Positions 39,608 to 46,545 of a DNA stretch of 64,000 nt are shown here, piece by piece (positions within the stretch are counted from its first letter, which is position 1; the number at the start of each line of letters is the position of its first letter). A model generated the notes under the pieces. It was not told the origin of the DNA. It did not search any database and saw only the letters and a program-made list of their open reading frames with translations. The DNA comes from Acidimicrobiales bacterium (GTDB lineage Bacteria > Actinomycetota > Acidimicrobiia > Acidimicrobiales > AC-14). The translations under genes were made by a program, and so were the position numbers. Location: the NCBI GenBank assembly GCA_046263055.1, contig JBHELO010000014.1:32-64031 (forward strand), in the 5' to 3' direction.

Positions 39608-41872
39608 TCAGGGCCTCGACGTCGGAGTCGGGCCGAGCGTAACCGTCGCCCGCCGAACGGCCGTCGTGGGCGACGGTGAGGGCAGGGCGGCGTCTCCTGC
39701 GATGGGCGAACTGGGGGTCGTGGGCACCGATGGTCTGTTCGCCGGCCCCACCTCACCGGCCTGCACGGCGGCCGTGGAGGCGACGGCGTCGGGCGGGACG
39801 TCGAGCAGGCGGGCGCCGAAGCCGGCCAGGTCCGAGAAGACGGGGGCGGCCACCAGGCCGCCGAAGATGACGGGGGTCGGCTCGTCGAGCACGACGATGG
39901 CCGACAGGCGGGGCGCCCCGGCGGGGAGGAAGCCGGCGAACGACGCCACGTAGGCGCCGTCCTTGTACCCGGCGATGCCGTCGTCCCGGACCTTCTGGGC
40001 GGTGCCCGTCTTTCCTGCCACCGTGTAGCCGTCGACCGCGGCGGCGGGGGCGGTGCCGTCCTTCACGACCTGCTCGAGCATGGGCACGACGGCCCTGGCG
40101 GTGGCCTCCGACACCACCCGCCTGGGCACCGGCCGGGGAGTCCGGTGCGCCTTGCCGGCGGCGTCCACGACCTGGCTGACCAACACGGGCGTGACCTGAA
40201 GGCCGCCGTTGGCGATGGTGTTGTAGGCATCGAGCATCTGCAGGGCGGTGACGGCCACGCCCTGTCCGATGGGGACGGTGGCGATGGACGTTCCCGACCA
40301 ATGGGCGGGGTCAGGAAGGATGCCGCCCGACTCCCCGGGGAACCCGAGGGCGGTGCGGTCGGCCAGGCCGAAGGCCCGGATGTAGCGGTCGATGCGGTCC
40401 TTGCCCAGCTTCTCCCCGATCATGATGGTGCCCACGTTGGACGAGTCGGCGAGGATGCGCGTGACCGACATGCTCTGCGTGGGGTGGGGCTCGGCGTCGT
40501 GGAACGTGCCGTCCGACACGTTGAGGTGGTCGGGCACCACGTACTCGTCGGAGGGGGCCACCACCCCCTCCTCGATGGCGCCCGCCATGGTCACCATCTT
40601 GTTGACCGAACCCGGCTCGTAGACGCGGGTCAGGGCCATGTTGTCGGCTGACGGTTGGGGCGGCCCGCCGTTGGCCCCGGCCACCAGGTTGGCCATGGCC
40701 AGGACGTCGCCGCTACGGGGGTCCATGACGATGGCGATCCCGCCCTTGGCGTGGGCCGAGGTGATCTCGTCGCCCAGGGCCCGCTCCGTCTCGTACTGCA
40801 TCGAGCGGTCCAGGGTGAGGACGAGCCGGTCGCCGGGGACGGCGGCCCTGACCTCGTGGATGCCGGCCGCGATGTCGTTGCCACCGGGATCCTTCTCCAC
40901 CACCAGCTGGCCGGCCGATCCGCTGAGGACCTTCTGGTACTGGAGCTCGAGGCCCGACAACCCCTGGTCGTCGACGCCCACGGTCCCGAGGACGGGCGCC
41001 GCCAGTGGGCCCGCCGGGTCGACGCGCTTGGGCTCCTCCAGGAGGGAGACGCCGTCGAGCTTGAGGGCGGCCACCGCGTCGGCCACGCCATCGTCCACCT
41101 TGCGGGCCAGGTATACGAAGGCCCCGGGGCCGGTCAGCTTGTCCCGGATGGCCTGCTCGTCCTGGTGCAGCACGGCGGCCAGGGCGTGGGCGGCGCCGGC
41201 CGGGTCGCGCACCGCCTGGGGGTCGGCCCACACCGTCCGCAGCCGGGTGGAGAGGGCCAGGGGGTCCCCGTTGCGGTCGACGATGGCGCCCCGTTCGGCC
41301 GGGAGGGAGGCGGTGTGGAGGCGCTGGTTGCGGCCCACGAGGGCGAAGCGGCGGCCGGCCGGGCCCTGGACGATGCCCAGGCGCACCACGACCGCCCCGA
41401 AGGCCACCAGCAGCACCACCAGGAGCCCGACCAGGCGGCGGCCCGGGTCGTGGACGCCGTGAGTGCCCATCCGCCCTGCCGGCGCGGGGGCGGCGGCGCG
41501 GACGGTCCGAGTAGCACGGGCGGGGGCGACGCGGGCACGGGCGGGGGCCGGGGCCGGGCGGGCACGGGCGCCAGCGCCGGAGACGAGGGTCCGGCCCCCC
41601 CGCCCGGCGGCGGGTCGGGCCCGGCTCGCGGCAACGTCGAGCCCATGGGGCCGTCGGAGCGGGCGGGCGGTGGAGGTACGGGGGCGGCCGGCGGCGGGAC
41701 CGCGCCGGCCACCGGGGGTGATGGGCGCGGTGGCGCGCCCGGCGGGGGCACCGGCCCGGGCACCGGCAGGACCCGGGGCGGGGCGGGGCGGCCGGCGGCG
41801 GGGCGGGGCGTCGCCCGGAGGCGGCCTGGTGGCGGACCGCCGTCGGGCGCCGCCGATGGGAGGAGCGGTCAC
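39608..41872 (-). CDS. ftsI: class B penicillin-binding protein / peptidoglycan D,D-transpeptidase FtsI
   Basis: SVNK (SxxK), SSN and KTGT motifs, a PBP dimer domain, and TM helix LVGLLVVLLVAFGAVVV. Start set at GTG 41872 (GTGA with the ftsL stop), giving a 134-aa Arg/Pro/Ala-rich cytoplasmic tail. ATG 41470 is the conservative alternative. Confidence 0.85.
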   Translation of the reverse strand: MTAPPIGGARRRSATRPPPGDAPPRRRPPRPAPGPAGARAGAPAGRATAPITPGGRRGPAAGRPRTSTARPLRRPHGLDVAASRARPAAGRGGRTLVSGAGARARPAPAPARARVAPARATRTVRAAAPAPAGRMGTHGVHDPGRRLVGLLVVLLVAFGAVVVRLGIVQGPAGRRFALVGRNQRLHTASLPAERGAIVDRNGDPLALSTRLRTVWADPQAVRDPAGAAHALAAVLHQDEQAIRDKLTGPGAFVYLARKVDDGVADAVAALKLDGVSLLEEPKRVDPAGPLAAPVLGTVGVDDQGLSGLELQYQKVLSGSAGQLVVEKDPGGNDIAAGIHEVRAAVPGDRLVLTLDRSMQYETERALGDEITSAHAKGGIAIVMDPRSGDVLAMANLVAGANGGPPQPSADNMALTRVYEPGSVNKMVTMAGAIEEGVVAPSDEYVVPDHLNVSDGTFHDAEPHPTQSMSVTRILADSSNVGTIMIGEKLGKDRIDRYIRAFGLADRTALGFPGESGGILPDPAHWSGTSIATVPIGQGVAVTALQMLDAYNTIANGGLQVTPVLVSQVVDAAGKAHRTPRPVPRRVVSEATARAVVPMLEQVVKDGTAPAAAVDGYTVAGKTGTAQKVRDDGIAGYKDGAYVASFAGFLPAGAPRLSAIVVLDEPTPVIFGGLVAAPVFSDLAGFGARLLDVPPDAVASTAAVQAGEVGPANRPSVPTTPSSPIAGDAALPSPSPTTAVRRATVTLGPTPTSRP

Positions 41873-42513
41873 GGGCGCGGGGCCGTCCTGGCGCCGGTGG
41901 CCGATCGCCCGACGGTAGTCGTCGTCACCCCGGAGGGCCTGGCGGTGGTGGGCGTGGTGGCGCGGGCCTTGGCAACGGTGGTGGGCGTGGTGGCGCCGGC
42001 CTTGGCCACCGTGGTGGACGGCGACGACCGCCCGCCGACCGGGCCGGCCGACGTGGTCGCCGCCGTCACCGGTGCGGTGGTGGGCCCCGGCCCTGCGGCC
42101 ACGGGCGGTAGCCGGGCCGAGGGGTCGGCCTCGGGCAGGTAGGCCACGCTTGTCGGCGGCACCATTCCCAGGCGCTGGCGGGCCAGGTCCACCACCCGCT
42201 CCGGCGACTGGAGCTCCGCCACCTGCACGGTCAGGCGCCCCTGCTGGGCCGACTCGGCGTCGGCCTGGTGCTGGAGGCGGTCCAGGTCGGCCTGGCCGGA
42301 CGCGAGAAAGACGTGGAGGGTGACCACCGCGAACAGCCCGGCGGCGGTCGACGCCGCGGCCAGGGCGGTGGCCGCCCGGGTGAGGGCCCGCCGCCGGCGG
42401 GTGGCAGGGCCGACGAGGCGGAGGTCGGGTCGGGCCGCGGGGAGGGCGCCGGGGGCCGACCGGTGGGGCGCAACCCGGGGTGCGGGCCGAGCGGCCAGGC
42501 GGGCGGAGCTCAT
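41869..42513 (-). CDS. ftsL: FtsL-like septation protein (single TM plus coiled coil, Thr/Ala-rich tail)
   Basis: Sits between rsmH and ftsI. TM helix ALAAASTAAGLFAVVTLHVFLA, then LDRLQHQADAESAQQGRLTVQVAELQSPERV. The ATG forms ATGA with the rsmH stop. Confidence 0.65.
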   Translation of the reverse strand: MSSARLAARPAPRVAPHRSAPGALPAARPDLRLVGPATRRRRALTRAATALAAASTAAGLFAVVTLHVFLASGQADLDRLQHQADAESAQQGRLTVQVAELQSPERVVDLARQRLGMVPPTSVAYLPEADPSARLPPVAAGPGPTTAPVTAATTSAGPVGGRSSPSTTVAKAGATTPTTVAKARATTPTTARPSGVTTTTVGRSATGARTAPRP

Positions 42514-43562
42514 CGCCGCTCACCCCCCGTCGCCCGCTCGCCGGCACCGGTGCCGGAGCGAGGGCCGTCCCCGCCCGGGGCCTCCGCCAGCTTCTCCACC
42601 GCCCGCAGGCGGGCGCTCTCGGCTCGCCGGTTGGCCGCCACCTCGGCCGCCGTCGGACGGCTGCCCCGGCGCAGGTGGCGGACCCGGGGCTGTGCCCCGC
42701 ACTGGCACGGCAGGCGCGGGGGGCAGGTGCAACCACCGGTGGCGGCCTCGGCGAAGCGGGCCTTCACGATGCGGTCCTCGCCCGAGTGGTACGAGAGCAC
42801 GGCGGCCCGGCCCCCGGGGGTCAGCAGGTCGATGGCGGTGTCGACCGCCCCCGGCAGCACCGCCAGCTCGCCGTTGACCTCGATGCGGATGGCCTGGAAG
42901 CTGCGCCGGGCCGGATGGCCGCCCCGGCGGCGGGCGGGCGCGGGGATGGCGGACCGCACCACCTCGGCCAGCTCACCGGTGGTGGCCAGAGGCCGGGCCG
43001 CCACCATCGCCCGGGCCACGCGACGGGCGAAGCGCTCCTCGCCCGATCCGGCCAGCACCGCCGCCAGCCGGTCCTCGTCGTACCCGTTGACCACGTCGGC
43101 CGCGGTCATGGCCTGGCCCGGGTCCATGCGCATGTCGAGAGGGCCGTCGGCCCGGTACGAGAAGCCGCGCTCGGACCGGTCGAGCTGGGGAGAGCTGACG
43201 CCCAGGTCGAACAGCACTCCGGATACCCGTTCATGTCCTAACTCCTCACAGATGTCGCCCAGACGGTCGAAGCGGGCCTGGCGCACCACCGCCCGCCCGG
43301 CGAAGGGCAGCAGCGCCTCGGTGGCGGCTGCCACCGCATCGGGGTCACGGTCGAGGCCGATCAGCTCCAGGTGGGGATGAGCGGCGAGGAGGGCCCGGGC
43401 GTGGCCGCCGGCGCCCACCGTGGCGTCCACCACCGGTCCGGGGGGCACCGGCGTGAACAGCCCGGTGACCTCGGCCACCATGGCCGGCCGGTGCTGGAAC
43501 CGCTCGTCGCCGGGTCGCCCGGTGGCCGTCACCGCCCCCGGGTCGCCCCGCCCACCCGCCAT
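42510..43562 (-). CDS. rsmH: 16S rRNA (cytosine1402-N4)-methyltransferase
   Basis: HRPAMVAEV, VDATVGAGGHARALL, DLGVSSPQLD and SYHSGEDRIVK. Confidence 0.92.
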   Translation of the reverse strand: MAGGRGDPGAVTATGRPGDERFQHRPAMVAEVTGLFTPVPPGPVVDATVGAGGHARALLAAHPHLELIGLDRDPDAVAAATEALLPFAGRAVVRQARFDRLGDICEELGHERVSGVLFDLGVSSPQLDRSERGFSYRADGPLDMRMDPGQAMTAADVVNGYDEDRLAAVLAGSGEERFARRVARAMVAARPLATTGELAEVVRSAIPAPARRRGGHPARRSFQAIRIEVNGELAVLPGAVDTAIDLLTPGGRAAVLSYHSGEDRIVKARFAEAATGGCTCPPRLPCQCGAQPRVRHLRRGSRPTAAEVAANRRAESARLRAVEKLAEAPGGDGPRSGTGAGERATGGERR

Positions 43563-43565
43563 CCC

Positions 43566-43604
43566 CCGACCGGGAGGTACCGGCCTGGCGACCTGCCCGG
43601 TCGG
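43566..43604 (-). promoter_or_regulatory. 9-bp perfect stem hairpin abutting the rsmH ribosome-binding site (candidate mraW-type leader structure)
   Basis: The minus strand reads CCGACCGGG-N21-CCCGGTCGG followed by GGGATG, the rsmH start. Confidence 0.35.
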
Positions 43605-43801
43605 ACCCGAGACACAGGGCGAAGAGGGGGGTCTTCCCTTATGTCGGTCGGGGGATGGCGCGTGGGCGGGGCCCCGGCGGCGGGCCGGTGCGGCGGGGGC
43701 TGCCCGCCGGGCGCTCGGGTCCTCGCCGGTCCCTGGGGCGCTGCGGCCCGCCGCCGCGCTCCGGTCCTCGCTGGGTGCTCGTGGGTGGAGGTGCTCCTCT
43801 C

Positions 43802-43906
43802 GTCGGTCGTCGTCATGTCGGTCGTCGTCATGTCGGTCGTCGTCATGTCGGTCGTCGTCATGTCGGTCGTCGTCATGTCGGTCGTCGTCGAATCAGTCGT
43901 CGTCAT
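43802..43906 (-). repeat. 15-bp tandem array, 5 identical plus 2 degenerate units, overlapping the mraZ stop
   Basis: Plus strand: (gtcggtcgtcgtcat)x5, then gtcggtcgtcgtcga, then atcagtcgtcgtcat. The last unit encodes MraZ residues HDDD and its TGA. Confidence 0.97.
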
Positions 43907-44336
43907 GGGCACCGGTCCCGTCGTCGCCGGGACCGGCGTCACCGGCCAGGCCCTGCTCGCCCCGCCGCTTGGTGGTGGCCCAGGTGGTCGCGTCCCAGAT
44001 CTCGACGTGGTCGAAGGCGCCGGTCACCGCCACCTCCTTCGCCAGGTGAGCGAACTCCCGCAGCGACGGGGGGATGGCCACCCGGCCCTGGCGATCGGGG
44101 CTGGCGTCCTGGGCACCGGCGAAGAACGCCCGGGCCTTGTTGCGCTCGGCGGCGGTGCCCCGCCACTTGGCCTTCATCTCCTGGGACCGCTCCTCGAAGC
44201 GCGCCGGCGGCCACAGGGCCAGGCAGCCGTCGACCTCGCTGGTGACGAAGGCCTGCTCCAACTGTTCCCGGAACCGGGCGGGGAGGATGAGCCGTCCCTT
44301 GGCGTCGAGGGAGTGGCTGTGCTCGCCCAGGAACAT
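43893..44336 (-). CDS. mraZ: division/cell-wall cluster transcriptional regulator MraZ
   Basis: MFLGEHSHSLDAKGRLILPARFR and a second half DRQGRVAIPPSLR, giving the two SpoVT/AbrB-like repeats; 147 aa. Confidence 0.92.
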   Translation of the reverse strand: MFLGEHSHSLDAKGRLILPARFREQLEQAFVTSEVDGCLALWPPARFEERSQEMKAKWRGTAAERNKARAFFAGAQDASPDRQGRVAIPPSLREFAHLAKEVAVTGAFDHVEIWDATTWATTKRRGEQGLAGDAGPGDDGTGAHDDD

Positions 44337-44420
44337 CGGCTGCGCCACCTCGGTCGGTCTCTCGTCGTCCTCGGGCCCCGATCGGCACCCCTGACCCTCC
44401 CCCCTGAACCACTTCGGGCC

Positions 44421-44449
44421 ACCGTACTCCCCAGCCCTCCACCGGTCAA
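44421..44449 (-). promoter_or_regulatory. candidate Pmra promoter TTGACC-N17-TACGGT
   Basis: The minus strand reads TTGACC (44444-44449), a 17-nt spacer, then TACGGT (44421-44426), about 85 nt upstream of the mraZ ATG. GTGG motifs are phased at 10-bp multiples across the -10/+1 region. Confidence 0.4.
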
Positions 44450-44486
44450 GGCACCTGCTCCCCATCGGCACCACGAGCCGGTGGCG

Positions 44487-45761
44487 ATGGGGAATGCTGG
44501 GCCGATGGCCCTCCCGGTGCGCACGCGACTGGCGGTGACCGCCGGACGGGTCGTCTCCGAGGTGTCCCGGCGGGTGGGCACCGGCGAGGGATCGGCCATC
44601 GGCGGGCGGGTGACGCTGGCTCTCGATGCCGGCGCCCTCGGGCGGCTGGCCACCGGGCGTCGGGTGGCGCTGGTCTCCGGCACCAACGGCAAGACCACCA
44701 CCACCCGTCTGCTGGCGGCGGCCCTCGGCACCGCTGGCGAGGTGGCCACCAACTCGGCGGGCGCCAACCTCCTGTCGGGCCTCATGGGCACCCTCTCGGG
44801 CGCGGAGGCCGCCGCCTCCGCCGCCCTGGAGGTGGACGAGGGCCTCCTTCCCGCCGCGGTCGCCGCCGTCCACCCCGAGGTGGTGGTGCTCCTGAACCTC
44901 AGCCGGGACCAACTGGACCGCATCGGCGAGGTCCGCCTGCACGCCGAGGCGTGGCGGCGCGCCCTCGAGGCCACCCCCGGCGCGGCGGTGGTGGCCAACG
45001 CCGACGACCCGCTGGTGGCGTGGGCCGCTCCCGCCGGCGCCGAGGTCACCTGGGTGGCCACCGGACAGCGGTGGCGGTCCGACGCCGCCGCCTGCCCGGC
45101 GTGCGGGGGCCCGGTCCGGTGGGAGGCAACGGCCGGGGGCGAGACGACGTGGGCGTGTGCCGGGTGCGGGTTCGGGCGGCCCCGTCCCGGCGTCCGCCTC
45201 GACGGTCAGGAGCTGGTGCTGGCTGACGGGCGGCGCCTGCCCGTGCGCCTCCGGCTCCCGGGCTGGTGCAACCTGGCCAACGCGGCCATGGCGGCGGCTG
45301 CCGCCGCCCGCCTGGGTGTGGACCCCGCTGTCGCGGTGGGAGCCATGGCAGGGGTGGGCACCGTGGCCGGGCGCTACCAGGTCGTGGCCGTGGACGGCGT
45401 GGATGTCCGCCTCCTCCTGGCCAAGAACCCGGCGGGCTGGGCCGAGACGTTGGACCTGATCCGCCCGGCGCCCCTGCCCGTGGTGGTCGGGATCAACTCC
45501 CGGGTGGCCGACGGGCGCGACCCCTCCTGGCTGTGGGACGTCCCCTTCGAGCGCCTGCGGGGGCGCCCGGTCGTCGCCACCGGTGAGCGCGGCCTCGACC
45601 TGGCCGTGCGCCTCCGCTACGCGGAGGTGGACCACCGCTTCGTGGCCGGCTACCGGGACGCAGTGCGGGCCGCGGGCGGGCCCGAGGTGGACCTGGCCGC
45701 CAACTACACGTCGTTCCAGGACGCCCGGGCGGCGTTGGCGGCGGCCGGCGCCCGTGGCTGA
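44487..45761 (+). CDS. murT: lipid II isoglutaminyl synthase subunit MurT (Mur-ligase family with a DUF1727 C-terminal domain)
   Basis: VSGTNGKTTTTRL, LNLSRDQLDR, the Zn ribbon CPACG...CAGCG, and NSRVADGRDPSWLWDVPFE. Start 44487; GTG 44481 and ATG 44505 are alternatives. Confidence 0.85.
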   Translation: MGNAGPMALPVRTRLAVTAGRVVSEVSRRVGTGEGSAIGGRVTLALDAGALGRLATGRRVALVSGTNGKTTTTRLLAAALGTAGEVATNSAGANLLSGLMGTLSGAEAAASAALEVDEGLLPAAVAAVHPEVVVLLNLSRDQLDRIGEVRLHAEAWRRALEATPGAAVVANADDPLVAWAAPAGAEVTWVATGQRWRSDAAACPACGGPVRWEATAGGETTWACAGCGFGRPRPGVRLDGQELVLADGRRLPVRLRLPGWCNLANAAMAAAAAARLGVDPAVAVGAMAGVGTVAGRYQVVAVDGVDVRLLLAKNPAGWAETLDLIRPAPLPVVVGINSRVADGRDPSWLWDVPFERLRGRPVVATGERGLDLAVRLRYAEVDHRFVAGYRDAVRAAGGPEVDLAANYTSFQDARAALAAAGARG

Positions 45762-46545
45762 CCTCGTCTCCATCGCCCTGCTGTTCCCCGAGCTGCTCGG
45801 GACCTACGGCGACGGTGGGAACGCCGCGGTGCTCGCCGCCCGGCTGCGCTGGCGGGGCGTGCACGCCGAGGCGGTGGAGGTGGCCACCGGGGAGGCCGTC
45901 CCCACCTCGTGCGACATCTACCTGATGGGGGGCGGCGAGGACGGGCCGCAGACCCTTGCCGTCCGGGAACTCCAGGCCAGCGGGGCCCTGTCCCGGGCGG
46001 TCGACGGCGGCGCCGCGGTGCTGGCCGTCTGTGCCGGCTACCAGCTCCTCGGCCAGCGGTTCCTGGGACCAGGTGGCGCGCCGCACGACGGCCTGGGGCT
46101 CCTCGACTGCGCCACCGCTCGGGGCCGGGGCCCCCGGCGGGTGGGCGAGCTGGTGGTGGAGGCCGACGCCAGCCTCTCCCTTCCCACCCTCACCGGGTAC
46201 GAGAACCACGCCGGGGTGACGACCCTCGGGCCGACTGCCCGGCCGCTGGGACGGGTCCTGGTGGGCCACGGCAACGAGGGCAGCGAGGGCACCGAGGGGG
46301 CGGTCAGCGGGCGGGTGGTGGGCACGTACCTGCACGGCCCCGCCCTGGCCCGCAACCCGGCCCTGGCCGATCTCATCCTCTCGTGGGTGGTGGGGCCGCT
46401 GGCCACCGTCGACGACGACGAGGTCGACGCCCTGCGGGCCGAGCGCATCGGGGCCGCCCGCCGCTCGCACCCCCTCGGCCGCCGCGGCCTGCGCTGGCGC
46501 CGGGGCGGGGACGGGCGCCGGGGGAGGCGCCGGGGCGGGGGCTAG
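45754..46545 (+). CDS. gatD: glutamine amidotransferase subunit GatD (CobQ/CobB-type GATase) of lipid II isoglutaminyl synthase
   Basis: LFPELLGTYGDGGNA, AVCAGYQLLG (nucleophile Cys) and GTYLHGPALARNP. The GTG overlaps the murT 3' end by 8 nt. Arg/Gly-rich C-terminal tail. Confidence 0.85.
   Translation: MADLVSIALLFPELLGTYGDGGNAAVLAARLRWRGVHAEAVEVATGEAVPTSCDIYLMGGGEDGPQTLAVRELQASGALSRAVDGGAAVLAVCAGYQLLGQRFLGPGGAPHDGLGLLDCATARGRGPRRVGELVVEADASLSLPTLTGYENHAGVTTLGPTARPLGRVLVGHGNEGSEGTEGAVSGRVVGTYLHGPALARNPALADLILSWVVGPLATVDDDEVDALRAERIGAARRSHPLGRRGLRWRRGGDGRRGRRRGGG

Noticed and set aside
35754-42736. Apparent giant ORFs (812 aa for mraY, 1042 aa for ftsI, 770 aa for murG, 648 aa for murC and others) suggesting fused or much longer proteins.
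   Set aside because: The N-terminal portions overlap the upstream Mur or Fts gene in another frame and are Arg/Pro/Gly-rich. Conserved N-termini begin at internal GTG codons located at the upstream stop.
43529-43942. 137-aa minus-strand ORF reading the 15-bp array as MTTTD repeats.
   Set aside because: It starts inside the mraZ 3' end and runs into the rsmH start in a different frame. There is no SD before any of its ATGs, and the rest of the translation is Arg/Pro-rich. It is more parsimonious as a by-product of the repeat, though the array itself is reported as a finding.
43371-44486. The first 372 codons of the 796-aa plus-strand ORF that ends as murT (including a VVMSV repeat).
   Set aside because: This part is antisense to rsmH, the spacer and mraZ. 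MurT homology begins only near 44487-44505, so the true start was placed there.
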